Of a stretch of 32,000 nucleotides of DNA, positions 18,930-25,785 are shown in pieces. Position 1 is the stretch's first letter. Every line of letters starts with the position of its first letter. Origin of the DNA: Promethearchaeum syntrophicum (GTDB lineage: Archaea > Asgardarchaeota > Lokiarchaeia > Sigyniarchaeales > Promethearchaeaceae); the NCBI RefSeq assembly GCF_008000775.2, contig NZ_CP042905.2, forward strand, positions 1,530,001 to 1,562,000. The letters are read 5' to 3'. Below the pieces are notes generated by a model. That model was given only the letters and a program-made list of their open reading frames with translations, had not been told where the DNA came from and ran no database searches. A program made the translations under genes and the position numbers.

Positions 18930-19370
18930 ATGCCGGTAGAAATCTTCTTAGATACAAGTTTTATAATCTCGCTCTTTAATAAAACCGATAAAAATCATAA
19001 TAAAGCAAAGGAAATGATTCTGAAAACATTTGAAAATAATGCTAACACTGTTTTCGTTTATTCAGATTATATTTTTGATGAATTGATAACTTTTATGAAG
19101 AAAAAGAAAATATCTTCAAGCATCATCCAAAAAAATGGAGATAAAATTTTAAAATCAAAACTATGGATGAAAATTCCTATTTCTGAAACAGTATTTCAAA
19201 AATCTTGGAACATGATAAAAAAATTTAAAGATAAATCATGGAGTTTTACGGATGTCAGTTCATTTGTCCTTATGAAGCAACTAAACATTCTCTATTTCCT
19301 TTCGTATGATACTCATTTCTTACAAAATCCCGAAATTTCTCCTTGGATAATATCCCAAGAAAAATCCTAA
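18930..19370 (+). CDS. vapC: PIN-domain ribonuclease toxin (VapC-like)
   Basis: The four conserved acidic positions occur in PIN order: IFLDTSFII (D), YIFDELITF (E), WSFTDVSSF (D), SYDTHF (D). The size is 146 aa and the gene is tightly coupled to the upstream small ORF. Confidence 0.85.
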   Translation: MPVEIFLDTSFIISLFNKTDKNHNKAKEMILKTFENNANTVFVYSDYIFDELITFMKKKKISSSIIQKNGDKILKSKLWMKIPISETVFQKSWNMIKKFKDKSWSFTDVSSFVLMKQLNILYFLSYDTHFLQNPEISPWIISQEKS

Positions 19371-19813
19371 ACTTTGTAATACTTATAAGCAAAAAAAAAT
19401 ATATATAGGTAACGACAAAATTGATCCATATAATTTTTATGAATTTCCCTTTATTCCTATGACAAAAAGGAAGGATTTAAATATTCATCTGTCTAAGAAG
19501 TACTTGAGCTCGGATGACATCATTTTAATATCCTTCTTTTGAATGGTATCCTCCCTCTAGGCTCGTTTTGAGCCAATATTTTGTTTTGTTTGTAAGATGC
19601 TTCCGATGCTCTTTATACCCTCAATTTTACTCGTTTAATAAGAATTAGGTTAAAATTGATGAGTTTTTAAATTTATGGCTAAAGAAATTTTGAAATCTAA
19701 AATTGATATAAAAAATTCGAATTTAAATATTATGCAAAAAAAACGAATAGAAGTAGTTTCGTTGCATGTAGTTAAATTTTTTATGCAATATTGAGTATGT
19801 TTTTATTTATCGC

Positions 19814-20449
19814 ATGAAAAATAATCAAGAAAATATAAACAGTTTTAAAAAATGGGATAGTCATACATTCCGTTGGGCTTTTGTTTGTTTTCTATTGATT
19901 GGCTCTGTTAATGGCTTATTTACTTATCTATTTGATGTTCTTCTTTTTGAAAATAAAATAGGATATGGGTTTTTTTATTTTGTTTTGATATTCTTTGGAA
20001 TAATTTTATATTATTTTTACGTTAGGTTTCAACGTAATTGGTTTGGGATTTTTGCTTTTGGATTAATGGGTTTTATCGGAATTGGTATTGAACTGTGGTT
20101 AGAATATTACACAAATCCCGTTCTCAAATCTCCTTGGGCTGCAGTGGGGTGGGGATTAATTTATTGTGGTTATGGATTAATTGCGGATTTTTCTATGTGT
20201 CTTAAAAAGATTATTCAGAAAGAGCAGACAGTTATTCTATTATCAGCAGGTATTTTTGGTCTTGGATCGATTTTATTGAGCATAATTCCCTTACAATTCT
20301 TTTATGTGCCGAATCCTGATGAGGATGCAAAAAGTTTTTTAACTTACGGTGTTTTTCTTATACCTTATGCGGTTCTTCAGACCATTATGGGGGCATATAT
20401 TGGGATGAAACTAGCACAACAAAAAGATTTCATAACTAAATCAAAGTGA
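19814..20449 (+). CDS. Multi-pass integral membrane protein (211 aa), function unknown
   Basis: There are five to six hydrophobic helices (WAFVCFLLIGSVNGLFTYLF, FFYFVLIFFGIILYYF, FGIFAFGLMGFIGIGIELW, VGWGLIYCGYGLIADF, ILLSAGIFGLGSILLSIIPL, GVFLIPYAVLQTIMGAYIG). It lies 36 bp upstream of the peptidase gene on the same strand. Confidence 0.6.
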   Translation: MKNNQENINSFKKWDSHTFRWAFVCFLLIGSVNGLFTYLFDVLLFENKIGYGFFYFVLIFFGIILYYFYVRFQRNWFGIFAFGLMGFIGIGIELWLEYYTNPVLKSPWAAVGWGLIYCGYGLIADFSMCLKKIIQKEQTVILLSAGIFGLGSILLSIIPLQFFYVPNPDEDAKSFLTYGVFLIPYAVLQTIMGAYIGMKLAQQKDFITKSK

Positions 20450-20485
20450 GTTAACTTTATTTTTCGGCTCTCCAATAACAATGAT

Positions 20486-22276
20486 ATGAAGAAAAAGTGT
20501 GATTTTAGCGTCGTTCTAATTTTGGGATTTTTGTTATTGGGTCCTATTGCTATAAGCGGAAATCAAGTGTTACGGGTGGTTGGGGAAAAAAATACATCAA
20601 TCCCTGCCGAAAATTTTCAAAATATCGATTATTTAATTATAACCGGCAAAGATATGGCTGAAACTCTAGAACCGCTGGCAGAATGGAAATCCCAAAAAGG
20701 ATTACGCACCCTAATAATGAACGTTGAAGATATCTCGAAAGATTTCTCAGGGTCTGATCTGGCCGAGAAAATGAAAAACTGCATTAATAAATTTTATCAA
20801 AATAACCACACCAATTGGGTAGTACTCGCAGGAGATTTCGATACTGTTCCCACCAGAGAAGCTTACTCGCAAGAATATTATCCGTCAGATGGAGACACGG
20901 TGAGTTGTGATTACTATTACTCAGATTTAGATCACGATTGGGATTCAAATAATGATGGTGTGTGGGGGTCTGATGACGATGATAAAGATTATATCGCAGA
21001 GGTTTATGTTGGGCGTTTATGTACGAATAATATTGCTGAAATGGAGAATATGATTCAAAATATTATTCAATATGAAACAGATCCTGATGTCGGACCATGG
21101 ATGACGAGTGCGTTATATGCGGGAGCATTTTTGGTGTTTGATTCCGATTATAATGATAACGATACGGTTGATTTTGGGGAATGTGATGCAAATAGAAATC
21201 ATAATTTTCTGGCAAATCGGCTTCCTGAAAATTGGACAAGTGTAATTTTGGCAGAAGATGAGGGGTTAAAAAATTCATCCTATTACTATGATCTTCCTTT
21301 GACGAATGTGAGTTTACAAGAGCAAATTAATAATGGTTTTAGTACGGGATATATAGTTGGTCATGGGAATCCTCAGCGAATGATACGGTTAGTATTTAAT
21401 ACAGATCTTGACGGGGATGGCTTATTTGACTATACTGCTGATCCGTATAATGCGGGGGGGAGTAAAATAGATGTAGACGCGAGGTTTGATTTAATTTCGA
21501 CTAACGGAGCTATGAACCTAACGAATAATCGCTTGGGGATGTATTATTTAGGTGGATGCTCAACTGGAACGTTTGACGATGCGAACGACTGTTTATCCGA
21601 ATATTTTCTAAAAACTGCTGCAATAGGCTGTATTGCTGGAAGTCGAGTGGTGTGGGGTGAAGATCAATGGACAGAGAGAGAACACGGTGGATGGTACTCG
21701 GATGGTTTAAGTGTCAGGTTTTGGGAGCAGTTATACCTTTATAATCAACCGGGGAAAGCCTTTTCATATGCTAAAGCAGATTATGTTGCAGATCGCGAGA
21801 GTCTTGGGCCAGATGCAGATAACAAGACTTATTATCCCAATTGGGAACAGAAGGTTTTAAAACAATTTAACCTGTTGGGAGATCCCGAGGTGAATTTATG
21901 GCAGACGATTCCCGAGGCACTCAATATTACTCACATTCAGTTGAGTTCAAATGAAACGATGAAATACCAAGTTTCTTCAACTAATGGAACAATGGCTGGA
22001 ATATCTGTAACTTGCGTTCGAGGTTCAGAATTAATGTGGAAAGGGATTAGCGATGAAAATGGAGAAGTGGAAGTCCCCTTTTCTGCAGAAGAGATGAAAT
22101 TCATGTCAGTTACCGCAAACGAGGATCAATTCATCCCATCTATCATAGGAAATATTAAAGAATATATTCCTCCTAAAGACTCAGGAATTCCGGGATATAA
22201 TATAATGATTTTTGGAGGATTTTGCTTGATCGGTGTGGGTTTCATTATCTCATTGAAAAGAAAACAATTAATATGA
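20486..22276 (+). CDS. Secreted peptidase C25 (gingipain/clostripain-like cysteine protease) family protein with a C-terminal membrane anchor
   Basis: The N-terminal signal is FSVVLILGFLLLGPIAISG. C25-type blocks are present: YLIITGKDMAETLEPLAEWKSQKG, WVVLAGDFDTVPTRE, YVGRL...IQYE, a His block (YIVGHGNP) and a Cys block (YYLGGCSTGTFDD). The C-terminal tail is IPGYNIMIFGGFCLIGVGFIISLKRKQLI. Confidence 0.6.
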   Translation: MKKKCDFSVVLILGFLLLGPIAISGNQVLRVVGEKNTSIPAENFQNIDYLIITGKDMAETLEPLAEWKSQKGLRTLIMNVEDISKDFSGSDLAEKMKNCINKFYQNNHTNWVVLAGDFDTVPTREAYSQEYYPSDGDTVSCDYYYSDLDHDWDSNNDGVWGSDDDDKDYIAEVYVGRLCTNNIAEMENMIQNIIQYETDPDVGPWMTSALYAGAFLVFDSDYNDNDTVDFGECDANRNHNFLANRLPENWTSVILAEDEGLKNSSYYYDLPLTNVSLQEQINNGFSTGYIVGHGNPQRMIRLVFNTDLDGDGLFDYTADPYNAGGSKIDVDARFDLISTNGAMNLTNNRLGMYYLGGCSTGTFDDANDCLSEYFLKTAAIGCIAGSRVVWGEDQWTEREHGGWYSDGLSVRFWEQLYLYNQPGKAFSYAKADYVADRESLGPDADNKTYYPNWEQKVLKQFNLLGDPEVNLWQTIPEALNITHIQLSSNETMKYQVSSTNGTMAGISVTCVRGSELMWKGISDENGEVEVPFSAEEMKFMSVTANEDQFIPSIIGNIKEYIPPKDSGIPGYNIMIFGGFCLIGVGFIISLKRKQLI

Positions 22277-22332
22277 ATAAATAAAAAAAAAAAATTAAAA
22301 GTCATTTTAGAAAAAACTAGAAGGTTGGAAAT

Positions 22333-23370
22333 ATGAGAGCGGGATATATAGAAAATCATGGCTCGGTGGAAAATATCAAAATAGGAGATGTGGACAACCC
22401 GAGAATTGGTAATTTAGATGTTATAATTAAGACCGAATTTGCAGCATTAAATCGTCTGGATTTATTTGTGGTGCAAGGTTGGTCTGGTTTAAATTTGAAA
22501 ATGCCTCATGTATTGGGAAGTGATGGATCTGGAATAATAACAGAGATTGGACCGGATGTCATTACTGATTTACATGTAGGGGATCGTGTCTTGATCAATC
22601 CAGGGATCGGTTGTGGGCAATGTTCACAATGCCTATCTGGAAGGCAAAATTTTTGCTCCAAATTTTCAATTTTGGGAGAAAATAAAAACGGCACCTATGC
22701 AGAATACGTTAAAGTTCCCTCAAGAAATGTGCTCAAAATTCCCGATTCTTACCCCTTTGATAAAGCAGCAGCAGCCCCATTAACCTTTTTAACCGCTTGG
22801 AGAATGCTTGTTTCTCAAGCCCAAATTAAAAGTGGAGAATATGTTCTAATTCAAGGTGGAAGTGGTGGAGTATCGACAGCGGCAATACAGATTGCAAATT
22901 ATTTTAATGCTACTACGATAGTTACTACGAGTTCTGATGAAAAAACGGCTAAAGCCAAAGAAATGGGGGCGGATCATGTAATTAATTATAACCAAATTCC
23001 GAATTATGCGAAAGTAGTGTTTAAAGAACTAACTAAGAAAAAAGGGATCGATCTGGTAGTCGATAGTGTTGGAACCGTAACTTTTAACACCAGCTTAAAA
23101 ATGCTGCGACCTGGTGGTAGATTGGTGACATGCGGGGCTACAACAGGACCGAAAGCGGAACTTGATATCAGATCTATTTTCTGGAAACAATTAAAGATTT
23201 TCGGCTCAACCATGAGTAATTATCAGGAATTTCACGATGTAATGAAGTTAGTGCTGAATGGCAAATTCTCTCCTGCAGTTGATAAAGTATTTAAACTTGA
23301 AGAACTTCAGGATGCCGAGCGTTATTTAGGAGAATCGAATCATTTTGGTAAAGTGTTAATACAAATATAA
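22333..23370 (+). CDS. Zinc-type medium-chain alcohol dehydrogenase / quinone oxidoreductase family protein
   Basis: It contains HVLGSDGSGIITEIGPDV and GDRV. The structural-zinc Cys cluster is GIGCGQCSQCLSGRQNFC. The Rossmann motif is IQGGSGGVSTAAIQIA. The length is 345 aa. Confidence 0.85.
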   Translation: MRAGYIENHGSVENIKIGDVDNPRIGNLDVIIKTEFAALNRLDLFVVQGWSGLNLKMPHVLGSDGSGIITEIGPDVITDLHVGDRVLINPGIGCGQCSQCLSGRQNFCSKFSILGENKNGTYAEYVKVPSRNVLKIPDSYPFDKAAAAPLTFLTAWRMLVSQAQIKSGEYVLIQGGSGGVSTAAIQIANYFNATTIVTTSSDEKTAKAKEMGADHVINYNQIPNYAKVVFKELTKKKGIDLVVDSVGTVTFNTSLKMLRPGGRLVTCGATTGPKAELDIRSIFWKQLKIFGSTMSNYQEFHDVMKLVLNGKFSPAVDKVFKLEELQDAERYLGESNHFGKVLIQI

Positions 23371-23414
23371 GGTAAAAATCTACAATAACTTATGATTATT
23401 AGAAGGGATTCAAA

Positions 23415-24422
23415 ATGAAAGTTTACGTATGTGGCGGAACCGGTTTTATCGGGTATCAAGTGTGTTTACAGTTACTTGAAAAAGGGCATGAAGTTAGTTC
23501 AATCTCTCTAGGAGACGTTGAATTAGGATCGTGGTGGCCTAAAGATAAAATTAAGACAAAGATTGGGGATCTTTTTACCATGGAAGCTGATGAATTAGTG
23601 GAAATGTTTACGGGATATGATGCCATGGTATATGCTGTCGGTCCTGATGATAGATATACTCCAAAAGCTCCAGCTTACAAATTTTTTTATGATCGGTTGG
23701 TCCTAGCGTGTGCAAAAGTTGTAAAAGCAGCGCGGGATGCGGGTGTAAAAAAATGTGCTATTTGTAATTCATACTTTGCTTATTTTGATAGAATAAGGCC
23801 CGATGAACATTTAGCGGAGAAACATCCGTATATCCGATGCAGAGTAGAACAAGCTCAAAAATGCATTGAGATTGGAGGGGATAAGATGGCAGTATATATT
23901 ATGGAATTACCATACATTTTCGGTGTCCATCCCGTTCGTGCTCCAATTTGGAAAGATTTGTTTATCAAGCGACTGTTAAAGATGAAACCATATATTTTTT
24001 TCTTTAAAGGGGGTACTAATATGATTACCGTGAACCATGTTGCTGAGGCGATTGTAGGTGCAATTTTAAATGGAAGATCAAGTAAGAGGTACACCATTGG
24101 GGATAAAAATCTCACCTGGGTAGAATGGATATCATTAATGTTACCTGAAATGGGAATAGATCGAAAAATCAAGATTTTACCGCCATTTCTAGGCACTTTA
24201 TTTGCTAAACGGATGAAAAGAATTGAAGCAAAAAAAGGATTAGAACCGGGATTAGATTTAGACCATTTATTTAAGGATATTCAGTGTCGAGAGACTTATT
24301 TCGATCCTACATCCTCCCAAGAAGAATTAGGGTATACCGGGGGGGAATTGGAAGAAGCTATCAAGGAAACGGTCAAAAAGTGTATGGAATTGATAAATGA
24401 TGAACCCCAAATAAATTCCTAA
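23415..24422 (+). CDS. NAD(P)-dependent epimerase/dehydratase-type (extended SDR) oxidoreductase
   Basis: The N-terminal Rossmann motif is MKVYVCGGTGFIGYQVCLQLLEKGHEV (GxxGxxG). The length is 335 aa. It lies 44 bp downstream of the ADH gene on the same strand. Confidence 0.75.
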   Translation: MKVYVCGGTGFIGYQVCLQLLEKGHEVSSISLGDVELGSWWPKDKIKTKIGDLFTMEADELVEMFTGYDAMVYAVGPDDRYTPKAPAYKFFYDRLVLACAKVVKAARDAGVKKCAICNSYFAYFDRIRPDEHLAEKHPYIRCRVEQAQKCIEIGGDKMAVYIMELPYIFGVHPVRAPIWKDLFIKRLLKMKPYIFFFKGGTNMITVNHVAEAIVGAILNGRSSKRYTIGDKNLTWVEWISLMLPEMGIDRKIKILPPFLGTLFAKRMKRIEAKKGLEPGLDLDHLFKDIQCRETYFDPTSSQEELGYTGGELEEAIKETVKKCMELINDEPQINS

Positions 24423-24496
24423 TATAGAAATATATTTTAGAAGAAAAACAAGATATGGATTTATCCTTTTTTTTCCATATTTAACCTATTTTTTTT

Positions 24497-25144
24497 CTAT
24501 TGAATAGAATTGTGCCGTTTTTCTTTGATAGGATGAATATCTGGAATAGGAACACTAATTATCGAAAGAAAATGAGTATTTGGAGTCTTTTTATTACGAA
24601 ATTTTTCTAAATTCTTTTTTAAATCTTCCATGATCCCCTTATACTCTAACCATTCCTCTTCGGTATTAATGGATATTGGAGGAATCATTAAATCAACTTT
24701 GTCACTTAAGTTAATTTTATCATCTGAATTCAATATTTCATCAATATGTTCCTCCATGAATATCCCGGCATAGTATGTAATATTTCTTGGCCAAGAAGCT
24801 AATGCTTGAAACAAACGTGAAATACCTAAAAAATATATTTTTTTTTCTTCTTTAGTTGAACTCTCTAAGATTTCATCCACTTTATTTATACTTTTAAACG
24901 CATCTAATGGCTTCTCTGTAAGTTTATAGAATTTTCCCCAGCCTAATGATTCATTTTTATCTATCTCGAGATATTTTAGTTCAACTAATTTCTTAACATG
25001 CCCTAAGGTCGTGCTTTCAGATTTATTTATCATTTTTGAAAGTAATTTTAAATTAAGCGAACCAAATGTAATAATTTGGGCAATTATCCCCATTTGTGTT
25101 TCGTTTCCAAACACTTTCATGTATTCTTCAAACTCGATTGCCAT
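24497..25144 (-). CDS. Winged helix-turn-helix (ArsR-like) transcriptional regulator with an uncharacterised C-terminal domain
   Basis: The N-terminal 85 aa reads FGNETQMGIIAQIITFGSLNLKLLSKMINKSESTTLGHVKKLVELKYLEIDKNES..GKFYKLTEK. This fits the ArsR/wHTH pattern: recognition helix S.stvs.Hlk.L...g.., with the wing ...Y.LT. It is divergent from the peptide cassette. Confidence 0.6.
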   Translation of the reverse strand: MAIEFEEYMKVFGNETQMGIIAQIITFGSLNLKLLSKMINKSESTTLGHVKKLVELKYLEIDKNESLGWGKFYKLTEKPLDAFKSINKVDEILESSTKEEKKIYFLGISRLFQALASWPRNITYYAGIFMEEHIDEILNSDDKINLSDKVDLMIPPISINTEEEWLEYKGIMEDLKKNLEKFRNKKTPNTHFLSIISVPIPDIHPIKEKRHNSIQ

Positions 25145-25175
25145 TAAATAATATATAGATTTGGACTTTAAAAAT

Positions 25176-25269
25176 AATTCGATTTTCGAATTAATTCTAA
25201 ATTCGAAGCATTTAAATATGTGAGTTGATTATTATTATTTAGAACTCGAATTAATTCGAAAATCGAATT
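25176..25269. promoter_or_regulatory. Perfect 22-bp inverted-repeat pair (candidate operator pair) in the divergent promoter region
   Basis: The left arm at 25176..25197 is AATTCGATTTTCGAATTAATTC. The right arm at 25248..25269 is GAATTAATTCGAAAATCGAATT, the exact reverse complement. Each arm itself contains AATTCGA-N3-TCGAATT and the 10-bp palindrome GAATTAATTC. The arms lie 32-53 bp upstream of the regulator ATG and 26-47 bp upstream of the first peptide ATG. Confidence 0.55.
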
Positions 25270-25294
25270 ACTTCTAAAAAAAAAGTGAAAAAAA

Positions 25295-25384
25295 ATGAAA
25301 AAGAATCGAAATTTAAACGTAAAGAAAAACGCCTTTGATCTTATGATAGAGAATCCCGGATTAATTTGCTCAATCCGAGTATAA
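25295..25384 (+). CDS. Micro-ORF 1, 29-aa conserved peptide MKKNRNLNVKKNAFDLMIENPGLICSIRV
   Basis: ATG to TAA spans 30 codons. It is one of three in-frame paralogues with synonymous-biased divergence. It falls below the ORF-track size cutoff. Confidence 0.5.
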   Translation: MKKNRNLNVKKNAFDLMIENPGLICSIRV

Positions 25385-25428
25385 AGTCACAAATTTTTTT
25401 TAAATTAAAATCTAAATAGGGGAAAAAA

Positions 25429-25518
25429 ATGAAAAAAAACTTAAAATTATACGTAAAGAAAAACGCCTTTGATCTGATGATAGAGAATTCCGGTTTAATC
25501 TGCTCAATCCGAGTATAA
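25429..25518 (+). CDS. Micro-ORF 2, 29-aa conserved peptide MKKNLKLYVKKNAFDLMIENSGLICSIRV
   Basis: ATG to TAA spans 30 codons. It is preceded by GGGGAAAAAA and followed by a T7 run. It is a paralogue of micro-ORFs 1 and 3. Confidence 0.5.
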   Translation: MKKNLKLYVKKNAFDLMIENSGLICSIRV

Positions 25519-25562
25519 AATTAATAAAATTTTTTTAAACTAAAACTAAACAGGGGAAAAAA

Positions 25563-25652
25563 ATGAAAAAAACTCAAAAATTATACATAAAGAAAAATGC
25601 CTTTGACCTTATGGTTCAGAATCCCGGATTAATAAGCTCAATCCGAGTATAA
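25563..25652 (+). CDS. Micro-ORF 3, 29-aa conserved peptide MKKTQKLYIKKNAFDLMVQNPGLISSIRV
   Basis: ATG to TAA spans 30 codons. It is preceded by GGGGAAAAAA and followed by a T6 run. It is a paralogue of micro-ORFs 1 and 2. Confidence 0.5.
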   Translation: MKKTQKLYIKKNAFDLMVQNPGLISSIRV

Positions 25653-25785
25653 ATTCAATGGACAATTTTTTAATAATTTAAATATTTACTTCGATTTTTT
25701 GATTCCAATTGCCAGTCAAGATTTGTTTTCAGATTTGATTTCTGATAACAAAATTATTTTAACAAGATTATCATAGATTTTAACA

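Larger units (their letters stand above)
25272..25690 (+). repeat. Tandem repeat, 134-bp unit x about 3.1, each unit carrying one micro-ORF
   Basis: The ATGs at 25295, 25429 and 25563 and the TAAs ending at 25384, 25518 and 25652 are spaced exactly 134 bp. The inter-ORF spacers are also alignable: a T-run, an A/T-rich TTTAAAYTAAAA element, then GGGGAAAAAA before the ATG. The boundaries are approximate. Confidence 0.85.

Noticed and set aside
21063-24196. Minus-strand ORFs 21063..21278, 22126..22359, 22506..22694, 23004..23213 and 23855..24196
   Set aside because: Each lies antisense to a motif-supported plus-strand gene (C25 peptidase, ADH, SDR). 22126..22359 bridges the peptidase 3' end and the ADH 5' end and has an F/I/N-rich translation.
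25357-25377. Hairpin CGGATT-N9-AATCCG inside the peptide ORFs as the real (RNA-level) function of the repeat
   Set aside because: The stem is intact in copies 1 and 3. It is broken in copy 2 (CGGTTT) by a change that is synonymous for Gly22 and not compensated. Selection therefore appears to act on the codon rather than the pairing. I keep it as an alternative to test rather than a call.
25295-25652. Calling the peptides lanthipeptide/RiPP precursors because of the FDLM block (reminiscent of the FNLD leader box) and the Cys/Ser near the C terminus
   Set aside because: No modification enzyme, leader protease or exporter gene is in the window. The putative core would be only about 5-8 residues with adjacent Cys-Ser, and copy 3 lacks the Cys. 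The resemblance is too weak to assert a class.
25272-25690. Reading the 134-bp tandem repeat as a CRISPR array or minisatellite
   Set aside because: There is no repeat/unique-spacer alternation, because the whole unit including the spacer part is conserved. The period is far too long for CRISPR. The synonymous-biased divergence and preserved ATG/TAA positions favour coding units.
25719-25737. Direct repeat AGATTTG x2 at 12-bp spacing (plus scattered AGATT) upstream of the permease gene
   Set aside because: It is too short and too AT-rich to distinguish from chance in this composition.
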